DNA of 64,000 bases. It comes from a virus. A program made the position numbers and the translations under genes. The stretch is taken from the IMG/VR virus record IMGVR_UViG_3300029915_000003; one strand, 5' to 3'. The stretch's first letter is position 1; every line of letters starts with the position of its first letter. Of this stretch, positions 9,916 through 18,340 are shown in pieces. The notes beneath the pieces were generated by a model that had not been told where the DNA came from, made no database searches, and worked only from the letters and a program-made list of their open reading frames with translations.

Positions 9916-11947
9916 TCAGTAAAAGCAACGTATCATGCGCAACAGTGACTGTCAAGAGTTCAATCAGAGCATCTTTTTCGGCCCTTCCTAGGCCAGTAAA
10001 CACCTCATCCAGAACGATCCAGTTGAATTTGATGCCAACCCTTCGAGCGATTACCTCCCTAACGGCTAGGTCTGAAACCAACTCTATTACAGATGATTGA
10101 CCTCCAGAAAGTTCATTAAATGGTATTTTAACGCCTTGTAGGTCTACGATAGGGGTGATGGTCTTGCGTACTTTTCCTGTTTTGGCCACCTTATCCCCAA
10201 AACTGAAGTTTATATTAGATGTGTTTGGAACTTTTCCCAATAGGTTGTTGATTTCCATGGAGATTTCTTCTAATATTTGCTCAAAATAATAAGCAGGGAA
10301 ACCATCCTTATGAACTATGGATAAAACGTCCTTTTCTATCTTGAGTATATTCTCTAATTGGTATTTTTCGTGGATTACGGATTGTATTTTGGCTTCCAAT
10401 TCATTTACTGTAGCTAGTACACCTTGGATACGAGCCTTTTCTTTATCCAAAGAAAGGTTTTCGTATTGAAGGGTCCGCAAAAGCGACTCTTGTACCTTAT
10501 ATTGTTCTAATATACCATTTAATTGAACACCAAGAACCTTAGTTTCCTTGTCTTTTTGGACGGTAATCTCTTTTTGTTCAGCTAGGTATTTTTCTTGAGC
10601 CAAGATAATATCATCATCAAACTTTTTAATTATGTTCTGTTTAATGATTTCAAATAAACTTCTATTCTCATTACGAGAAATCGTCCATTCATCTGTTTTC
10701 TTGGTAAGATCTAGTAATTCTTGTTCTAATTGGTATTTAGAGGGAGATAAATGTTCTAGTTGGTGTTTTTTTAACCTATTTAAATCATCTAATTGGGTAT
10801 TTAATTTGTTTTTAAGATTATTTTGATTTAACTTTAGGTTTTCTATTTTTATATTAATTGATTGTTTTTGTAAATCTGTAATGGGTTGTCCGCAGGCACC
10901 ACAATTAACATCTGACTCCAGGTCTATAATTGTTAATTCTATATTTTTAATGTCTTTTTTGGTAGAATCAATCTCGTAGGAAATCTTATTTATCATCAAA
11001 TTAGAATTTTCAATAGACTTGGATGTCTTTTGAATCTCATCATTAATAGTCTTACTGTTAAAATCTATATTTTTGTATTGTACATCTAATTCATCTAGTT
11101 TTTGTTGTAAATTAATTAATTCAATAGATTCTTCTAATTGTTTCTTCTTGTTTTCAGATGAATTTTTGATAATCTCTCTGGATATATTGGCCACCTGAGA
11201 CGCACGGTGGGTGTACATCTCGTCCACATCCCTCATTTTAGCTAAAAACAAATCTTTCTCTATATTTAACATGTCTATTTGAGATACCAGCGTTGACATG
11301 TTATGTTCATTTTCTTCTATCTTTGAGTCTATATCCAGTATAGTCTTAGGATCTAGATTGTTAACCTTACGCAACATGTCAATTTGACCATTAAGATTAT
11401 TAATCTGATTTTCTTTAACAAGTATTTGATTCTCTAACGATTTAATCGTATTAGAAGAAGTATCTGAGGCAGTATCAAAACTATTAATACCTAAAATCTC
11501 TGAAAGGAAGGTCTTTTTCTCTTCATCAGACAAACTCAAAAACATACCATTGGTACGTTGTGTACGGTAGGTAAGGTATTTAATGAGATTAGTGTTTATA
11601 CCAAAGATTTGGGATAGCTTATCCTTCTTTTGAGCTACAGTACCATGAACGGTACCCTCAAAAAACAATTCGGGGGTAGAGCCCCTGGTAGAAACAAGGG
11701 GAGAACCGTTCAATTCTAATTCTACGGAGCTATACCAAACGTCTGGGTCTATGTTGGATTTAAGGACTGTAGCCGATTTAGAACAATAATCCAACGAAAA
11801 AGCAAGTCCGTGGGTTAGATTGGACTTACCTACACCCGAAGAACCCTTAATATGAAGAATGCCATTTTCTGGAAACTTTATGGTGGTCTTGTCGTAAAAT
11901 GACCTAAAACCATACATTTCCAGTGATTTTAGTTTGGCTAGTTTCAT
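9833..11947 (-). CDS. sbcC: SbcC/Rad50/gp46-like recombination ATPase
   Basis: GFRSF, Walker A GSSGVGKS, coiled coil with CGAC zinc hook, LSGGQ signature, LDEVF. Confidence 0.9.
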   Translation of the reverse strand: MKLAKLKSLEMYGFRSFYDKTTIKFPENGILHIKGSSGVGKSNLTHGLAFSLDYCSKSATVLKSNIDPDVWYSSVELELNGSPLVSTRGSTPELFFEGTVHGTVAQKKDKLSQIFGINTNLIKYLTYRTQRTNGMFLSLSDEEKKTFLSEILGINSFDTASDTSSNTIKSLENQILVKENQINNLNGQIDMLRKVNNLDPKTILDIDSKIEENEHNMSTLVSQIDMLNIEKDLFLAKMRDVDEMYTHRASQVANISREIIKNSSENKKKQLEESIELINLQQKLDELDVQYKNIDFNSKTINDEIQKTSKSIENSNLMINKISYEIDSTKKDIKNIELTIIDLESDVNCGACGQPITDLQKQSINIKIENLKLNQNNLKNKLNTQLDDLNRLKKHQLEHLSPSKYQLEQELLDLTKKTDEWTISRNENRSLFEIIKQNIIKKFDDDIILAQEKYLAEQKEITVQKDKETKVLGVQLNGILEQYKVQESLLRTLQYENLSLDKEKARIQGVLATVNELEAKIQSVIHEKYQLENILKIEKDVLSIVHKDGFPAYYFEQILEEISMEINNLLGKVPNTSNINFSFGDKVAKTGKVRKTITPIVDLQGVKIPFNELSGGQSSVIELVSDLAVREVIARRVGIKFNWIVLDEVFTGLGRAEKDALIELLTVTVAHDTLLLLIEHDSEYQDRFNQTITVYNESGKSKIG

Positions 11948-12217
11948 TTACTCTTTAACCCCAGATCTATAGAAATCAGCATTTTCTATAGCGTCCTGCC
12001 TTGAACGCTCTTTTACTATTTCCTCAGCATCAACTAGACGCTCTATAGACCTTACCATTAAACCGTTATCTAATACCTCTTTAGTAGAAGTAGTCAAGGG
12101 CTTGGGATCCCTTAATAGCAACTCACCGCAAAGTTTGCACAATACGGGGATTTCTTGAGGCAGTAAACGCCTGGAACTCTTTTGGCATTTAACGCACTGA
12201 AAATGATAAATAGGCAT
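11948..12217 (-). CDS. FmdB-like zinc-ribbon protein
   Basis: MPIYHFQCVKC...CKLCG. Confidence 0.7.
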   Translation of the reverse strand: MPIYHFQCVKCQKSSRRLLPQEIPVLCKLCGELLLRDPKPLTTSTKEVLDNGLMVRSIERLVDAEEIVKERSRQDAIENADFYRSGVKE

Positions 12218-14017
12218 TTAATCTTCTAAGGAAGTATTAGAAGACCGCTCGAACGACAAAGCTTCCCTAGCCTCTTGGCGCTCTAGTTCTGCATCCCGAT
12301 GATAAACTACACATCCCCCTAGGGTGCCTAACTGGCTGGCAATTGATAAACTATTACGAACAGCCTCAAGCACAGCGGGAGTTGAATCAAGAAGACCAGC
12401 ATCCTTAGCGTTTACCCATTCGTTAGCCATGCAATCATAAATACTGGCTGTTTTGCTTGTCTGATTGGAAGCATTACCAGTAAGAGTACGAATGTTAGCA
12501 TCTACCTCTTCGTTATTTAGACCAATATTTGAATAAAGCCTACGAATAGGTTCTAGAAGGCTGGGAACCAGGATTTTATTAACTATATCCTTGTCTTGGT
12601 CATTTAGGTCTTTGATTTTAGGTAACTCAGTAGTGATTTTAGCTAAGGTCCAACCACCCGCAGGAAGGCAACCATGAGAAAGAGCGCCCTGTACGGCCCT
12701 TACCGCATCTTCAGCCCTATCCTTCTTTTCACGGATCTCTCCACTAGAAGAACCGGACACAATTAGACGAGCTATACCCCCTGTTATCTTGCCAATACGC
12801 TCCTCTATGATTGATTTGTCTAATTGAGACGAGGCTGACTTTGCTTGGGTTTTTAGTACATCCACCCTAGCTAAAACTAGCTCCTCATCACACTTACCAA
12901 TAATAGTAGACTTGTTGCGATACATTTCAAACATAGAAACGTCGCCTCCACCAAAGATACATTCATCGAATTCTTCTATTTCTTGTTCTGGAAGCAATCC
13001 AGGTAGTGGTTCAGAAATAGGATTAAATACAACCGCTCCGGTAATTGCAGATAGGTCTTCCAGGAAATCTAATTGACCATTAGGCATTTGGCTTAGGGGA
13101 GCCACAACCGGTACGATCTTAAGACCGTTAGGAGCCTTGAAATTGGTAGCTAGGTTAGCTATTACGTTTTCAGAAAAACCAGTGGCAACCATCACTACGT
13201 TTGGTGATTTATTGTGTATTTGCCATTTATGTTCAAGTATTTGAGCCAGACCAACAATTGACTGGATATCGTTAATTACACCAAAATACAGTACGAAAAA
13301 GGGACGTTCTAGCAAAACACGTTGATTTGTAGAGTCGTTTATGTATTCATGATAGAATTTACCCATTGTATCCTCATAGCCACGAGGAATGGGAAATCCT
13401 TCTATTTTTTCTACTTTATACTCTGATTCACCGGAGATCTCAGAAATGGTCACATTACCATCGTCTCCTACAAGCTCGAAACACTTAATAACAGCATCGG
13501 CTAATTCTGAATCACCGTTAGCAGAAACCTTAGCAATGGAGTATTGGGTATCCTTGGCTACCTTGAAGGCTTGTTTCCTGACCAATGGTTCGATAGAGGT
13601 CTTAAATAGCCTCTCTAGGGTCCTAACAGCCTTCTGGGGACTGACCTTTGGGTTTTTGATACAGAACTCTTGTACGTTACGAACGATGCTCTCAGAGAGG
13701 ATGGCGCAGGTAGTTGTACCATCACCAGCGTCATGCGCGGTTTTGGCAGCACCATCTCTAGCCGCTTCCATAATAGCATGCTGGGTGGGATTTGAGAATC
13801 CAAGGCTTTTAAAGACAGTAACACCGTCTTTTGTTATAATGTTGGGCATGCCAATTTCTTGACGCTCAATAATTACGACCTTACCGCCAGGACCAAGGGT
13901 TGAACCTACTATTTCAGAAATAGTAGCCATGGTATTTAATACCATTTGGTTCAAACCGTTGCGTACAGTTGTAACAGACTTAGGGGGAGACTTTACTTTA
14001 GAATATTGGGTAGCCAT
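12218..14017 (-). CDS. groEL: phage-encoded GroEL-like chaperonin
   Basis: TLGPGG, ITKDGVTV, AGDGTTT, EKKDRAEDA and PAGG motifs. Confidence 0.93.
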   Translation of the reverse strand: MATQYSKVKSPPKSVTTVRNGLNQMVLNTMATISEIVGSTLGPGGKVVIIERQEIGMPNIITKDGVTVFKSLGFSNPTQHAIMEAARDGAAKTAHDAGDGTTTCAILSESIVRNVQEFCIKNPKVSPQKAVRTLERLFKTSIEPLVRKQAFKVAKDTQYSIAKVSANGDSELADAVIKCFELVGDDGNVTISEISGESEYKVEKIEGFPIPRGYEDTMGKFYHEYINDSTNQRVLLERPFFVLYFGVINDIQSIVGLAQILEHKWQIHNKSPNVVMVATGFSENVIANLATNFKAPNGLKIVPVVAPLSQMPNGQLDFLEDLSAITGAVVFNPISEPLPGLLPEQEIEEFDECIFGGGDVSMFEMYRNKSTIIGKCDEELVLARVDVLKTQAKSASSQLDKSIIEERIGKITGGIARLIVSGSSSGEIREKKDRAEDAVRAVQGALSHGCLPAGGWTLAKITTELPKIKDLNDQDKDIVNKILVPSLLEPIRRLYSNIGLNNEEVDANIRTLTGNASNQTSKTASIYDCMANEWVNAKDAGLLDSTPAVLEAVRNSLSIASQLGTLGGCVVYHRDAELERQEAREALSFERSSNTSLED

Positions 14018-14028
14018 TATTAAAAGGA

Positions 14029-14057
14029 ATTATAATACTAAAATACTACAATGTCAA
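14029..14057 (-). promoter_or_regulatory. consensus sigma70 promoter for the groEL operon
   Basis: TTGACA-N17-TATAAT, exact consensus. Confidence 0.8.
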
Positions 14058-14073
14058 CATTAAAATACTACCG

Positions 14074-14259
14074 CTACCGCTTACCACTGAAGCGTTTTAT
14101 TCTATTAATTAATGTTAGCAAATCTCCAGGGTATCTGTAATCACCATAATCAAAAGCTAAAAAGTTATACTCATAGTTAACTTCATATAAATAATCGTGA
14201 ATATCTTTGGCTTCTTTTGGAGTTCTGGTTAAATAAGGTTCTTTTGGTTTAATTGGCAT
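14074..14259 (-). CDS. hypothetical protein
   Basis: Abuts the AAA gene. Confidence 0.5.
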   Translation of the reverse strand: MPIKPKEPYLTRTPKEAKDIHDYLYEVNYEYNFLAFDYGDYRYPGDLLTLINRIKRFSGKR

Positions 14260-15195
14260 TTAAAAAATATCCTTACTGAATCCTACCTTGGAATCGGTTG
14301 ATTCTGACTTTGGTTTGTTCTTCAATGCTTTTATACGGGCTGCTACTTCGTGGAGTTCCCCACCCATACATTTAACAGAAACTACCAATTCCTTAATATG
14401 ACCAAGACTAAAACCTTTAGTTAAACCAAGCCACTCTTGGTATTGTTCTTCTGTTAATTCATCTGTTAGCTTATACTTTAGGTATTGTAACTTTACATCA
14501 TCATCTGGCAAGCCAAACTCAAGTCTCCTATCGAAACGGGAGGGACGGTCGGTGAGTCTACCATCTAACTTTTCTGGGTAATTTGTGGTAGCTATATTGA
14601 CGGTATTGGCAACAGAAAATTGACCATCCAAAATAGCCAAAAGGTCTGCTTCGTTACCCTTTTCAATCATTGCGTCTATATCTTCCAAAAGCACCAATAA
14701 GGGGGTATCTTTGTTAACCTTACGTATATCCTGTAGGGCGTTTTTAAGATACCAAGCGTTATCAGCCATGAGAACGATTCCTCCGTTGCGGAAGAACTCT
14801 CTGGCTATTAAAGCAGTTATACTACTTTTACCACAACCAGGGGGACCATGTAAAAGATACCCACGTTTATGACTAAATCCATATTTAAGGTAAACTTCTT
14901 TTTTGGTGAAAAACTCCTGTATTTCTTGTAATATAATATTTACAGGTCCCTTTTCGGATACTATTAAATCATCCGTAGAAATCTTTATACTACGTAAGGA
15001 AACATTTGATAACCCATCTCCATCTACCGCTACGTAGTAACCAGGAGGAAGGGTTTCTTGTATACCCAAGGTACTACCCATCTCCATCCATTTTTCCAAT
15101 GGACGCATTTTGGATTTATCCGGAACGGTTGACACCGATATGGTATCGTTGCCAAGGTAAATATACTTCGGTTCTTTTTTAGGGTTATCAGTCAT
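14260..15195 (-). CDS. AAA+ ATPase
   Basis: LLHGPPGCGKS, LLEDID, TTNYPE and RPSRFD. Confidence 0.9.
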   Translation of the reverse strand: MTDNPKKEPKYIYLGNDTISVSTVPDKSKMRPLEKWMEMGSTLGIQETLPPGYYVAVDGDGLSNVSLRSIKISTDDLIVSEKGPVNIILQEIQEFFTKKEVYLKYGFSHKRGYLLHGPPGCGKSSITALIAREFFRNGGIVLMADNAWYLKNALQDIRKVNKDTPLLVLLEDIDAMIEKGNEADLLAILDGQFSVANTVNIATTNYPEKLDGRLTDRPSRFDRRLEFGLPDDDVKLQYLKYKLTDELTEEQYQEWLGLTKGFSLGHIKELVVSVKCMGGELHEVAARIKALKNKPKSESTDSKVGFSKDIF

Positions 15196-15214
15196 TTTTT
15201 ACCTATTTTAAATT

Positions 15215-15290
15215 TGGCTGTGGAGGATGGGGTTGAACCATCGACATTCGGATTAACAGTCCGACGCTCTGCCAACTGAGCTACTCCACA
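15215..15290 (-). tRNA. tRNA-Asn (GTT)
   Basis: Cloverleaf; anticodon loop CT-GTT-AA; encoded CCA. Confidence 0.92.
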
Positions 15291-15736
15291 TTTTCTATAA
15301 AGAACCTTAACATAGGTATCCTTGCGTTGTCAATCATTAAAAGTTACTTTACATTACAACCGTTACGTATTTAGCTTTATCTCCCTTTCTTTACGTTAAG
15401 CAAATTCTATTGGGTTCCTTAGCAAGATAGGGTTTCTACGTTTACCGGTGTTTGGGTATTTACAGAGTTTAGGGCAGCTTATTCAGCTTTAATTGGCATT
15501 TACGGGGATTTACTGTTGTCTAATAGTATAGACATAGCTATTCATTGATTTATCTTATTTGCTTTGGGTTGATAATTTTATTAGGTAAGGTTTCTTTAGA
15601 ATCTATTTAGTTTAATTATCTTCTAAAGGGATCTATTTAGAACCAGGGGTTGCTTTTCTTATCTAATTAAGGTAAGGTTGTTTTTAACTTTTTCGAAGGT
15701 AACCGTTACGTTTGTTACCAAAGATGGAGAAGCCCT

Positions 15737-15764
15737 ATTATACTGGTTTCAAAAAACGTGTCAA
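15737..15764 (-). promoter_or_regulatory. sigma70 promoter firing into non-coding DNA
   Basis: TTGACA-N16-TATAAT with no sizeable downstream ORF for about 400 bp. Confidence 0.6.
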
Positions 15765-15870
15765 GACAATTCTTTAGTAACGGTACTTTTTGTTGTAAGT
15801 GCCCAAGGTTCCTACCGAAAAGTTACTTTTCTTCTTGACTTCTATTGAAAATACCGGTAATATACCTTAT

Positions 15871-16455
15871 ATGAACAACAAAAAGCCTTTACTGGTTAAC
15901 TTTATAGGGGCTCCAGCCAGTGGTAAGACCACCGTAGCTGCCCTCACCTTCGGTGCTCTTAAGGAAGCTTCGGTACCCTGCGAACTGCTTACAGAGGTAG
16001 CGAGGAAACACATAGTTGGTCTTAAATATGTTAATAGGTGGAGCAATCCCCCCTGGAATGGTATTTTAACCGATAGAGACCAGAACGATATCTACATTGG
16101 CGAACTCTACCAAACAGAACGCTACGTTACGGTTTGTTCCCCAGAAACTGTTATAATTAGTGATTCCAGTCCAATAAATGCTATTATTTATAACCGTAGG
16201 TTGTCTAGTGACAAAATCATAATTAACGACTGGTTAGCTTACTGTAATCCCTTGTTCTTCTACTCCACCCCGGTACCTAATAATTTGGACACCTTGGACT
16301 CCAACCGAGTCCACTCTATCGAACAAATACACAATGCAGACCGGGAGATCCCCGGAATTATAGAAGAGTTAGGGTTGGAAGTTATTACCCTTAATGGTAA
16401 TTCCAACCAACGCCAACTTCAATGTCTTCATGCAATATATGACAGGTTGGCCTAA
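15871..16455 (+). CDS. P-loop nucleotide kinase (AAA_28/NadR-like)
   Basis: GAPASGKTT, E-x-AR, ISDSS; start trimmed to MNNKK. Confidence 0.75.
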   Translation: MNNKKPLLVNFIGAPASGKTTVAALTFGALKEASVPCELLTEVARKHIVGLKYVNRWSNPPWNGILTDRDQNDIYIGELYQTERYVTVCSPETVIISDSSPINAIIYNRRLSSDKIIINDWLAYCNPLFFYSTPVPNNLDTLDSNRVHSIEQIHNADREIPGIIEELGLEVITLNGNSNQRQLQCLHAIYDRLA

Positions 16456-16460
16456 ACCAG

Positions 16461-17939
16461 TTGTTATCAATAGTAGAACCCACCAGGGTTAATATAGATG
16501 AAAACGCTCCCATAGATGCCATTCGTAAGTATTTGGCATTTAAAGACATGGGTGTTTTATATCAAATAAAACAATTTAAAGCCAACAAGTGGTTATTGAA
16601 GAAAATAACCAACGAAGAGTGGAGTGAACGCCTACACTCCCTAGAGGCTCAAGTTGACCGTTCTGCTTTGTTTGAAGACTCGAATGGGTACTACACCTAT
16701 AGTGGTTTAGCTGAAGATTTATCCCAGCAGTTTGGGCTGCATTTAACCAATACAATTAAATACACCAAACCAACTCCGTTGTCTTGGACCCATACTCCTC
16801 CAGATTTAAGGTACTTTCAAGAGGATGTAGTTAAGTTGTTTCTACAGCACAAACACGCTGCGGTTAATCTTGCCGTAGGTATGGGGAAATCCTACATAGC
16901 CCTACATATAGCCCAAAGGCTAGGATTGAAAACCGTTGTAATGGTACCCTTTTCAGCTATAGCAAACCAATTGTACGCTACGTTCACTAAACATCTCGGT
17001 AAATATAGGGTGGGCATGTTTGGGGACGGTCGCAAGGACACCAGTAAACTCATAACCATAGCCGTGGCTCAATCGTTGGTTAGGGTCGAGGAGGGAACAC
17101 CCGAATGGGACGACCTGCAAGGGGTCAAGGTGCTCGTTTCAGATGAGTCCCATATGAACCCAGCCTCAACCCTGGAGGGTGTCTGTATGGGGCTCCTACG
17201 CAACGCAGAGTACCGTTTTGCTTTGTCTGGTACTCAGCTGCGTAGCGATGGTAGCGAAATTGTCCTTAAGGGTCTAGTAGGGCCTATTGTTTACAGTAAA
17301 AACATACAAGACGGAGTTAGAGAGGGTTTTCTAGCCAAACCCAAGTTTATTGTATATCGCTATAACAGCCAAGATCCCTATCGCTCTGCCGATACCAACA
17401 AGATGACCCAAAAACATTTATACTTAAATCCGGATATAAACACCCTGGTTGCCAATATAGTAAACATCAGTTCTGGCAAGATGGGTCAGTCCGTTTTGGT
17501 GTTAATTGATGAGTTTGGTCAATTTAATATGATTTACCCTCAATTTACATCAAATTTCAAATTTGCCCATGGGGGAGCCACCAAGGCCAACAAAAAACAC
17601 ATTCCTCCTGAATTCTGGAAATCAGAACCATTGGATTTAATTGAAGAATTTAACCAGTTAAAGTTTCCGGTAATGGTTGGAACCTCTTGTTGCTCAACCG
17701 GAGCTGACTTTAAGGTGCCCAAAACCGTTATTTACCTAAGAGGGGGAAAGTCTGAAATAGATTTCACCCAAAGTCTAGGTAGAGGAGTAAGGAAATTTGA
17801 TAATGGTACTTATAAGAAGGACTCCTTCACCTTTATTGATTTTTGGTGTCGGAACGTACCAGCCTTGGATCGTCACGCTAAGGCCAGAATAGCTTATATG
17901 AAAGCTATTGGTGGGGATATAAAGATTATTGATATTTAA
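16461..17939 (+). CDS. SF2 DNA helicase (UvsW-like)
   Basis: LRYFQ, GMGKS, DESH, LSGT and QSLGRGVR. Confidence 0.88.
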   Translation: MLSIVEPTRVNIDENAPIDAIRKYLAFKDMGVLYQIKQFKANKWLLKKITNEEWSERLHSLEAQVDRSALFEDSNGYYTYSGLAEDLSQQFGLHLTNTIKYTKPTPLSWTHTPPDLRYFQEDVVKLFLQHKHAAVNLAVGMGKSYIALHIAQRLGLKTVVMVPFSAIANQLYATFTKHLGKYRVGMFGDGRKDTSKLITIAVAQSLVRVEEGTPEWDDLQGVKVLVSDESHMNPASTLEGVCMGLLRNAEYRFALSGTQLRSDGSEIVLKGLVGPIVYSKNIQDGVREGFLAKPKFIVYRYNSQDPYRSADTNKMTQKHLYLNPDINTLVANIVNISSGKMGQSVLVLIDEFGQFNMIYPQFTSNFKFAHGGATKANKKHIPPEFWKSEPLDLIEEFNQLKFPVMVGTSCCSTGADFKVPKTVIYLRGGKSEIDFTQSLGRGVRKFDNGTYKKDSFTFIDFWCRNVPALDRHAKARIAYMKAIGGDIKIIDI

Positions 17940-17986
17940 ATAAGATACTTGACAATTGCTTTCTTTAGTATATACTGGTAAAAAAA

Positions 17987-18334
17987 ATGAATATCGAACT
18001 AAAATTAATAGGTTATCACTTAACGGATGGTTCCAAGAAGGAATTTGAATGTCCTGGGTGTGGACTTTGGTATCCAACTAAAGAAAAAACCCTTAACTGT
18101 ATCAAAAAGTTCCATTCAATGTCTAATGATTGGGAATACAAGAAGATAGAGGCTAATAATGGAGATATACTCCATATGGCTCAAGGCGTTGCTTCCAAGC
18201 CCAAATCAGAAGAAATTACCGATGAGTTCGACATAGTTAACAGTATGGCTAGTTCAGGAGAAGTTCCCCCAGAAGTAGTCAAAATACTCAAAAACCGTAT
18301 ACCTAAAAAGGCAACAAAAGGAAAGAACGAATAG
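17987..18334 (+). CDS. hypothetical zinc-finger protein
   Basis: CPGC...C...H; preceded by TTGACA-N16-TATACT. Confidence 0.55.
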   Translation: MNIELKLIGYHLTDGSKKEFECPGCGLWYPTKEKTLNCIKKFHSMSNDWEYKKIEANNGDILHMAQGVASKPKSEEITDEFDIVNSMASSGEVPPEVVKILKNRIPKKATKGKNE

Positions 18335-18340
18335 ATATTA

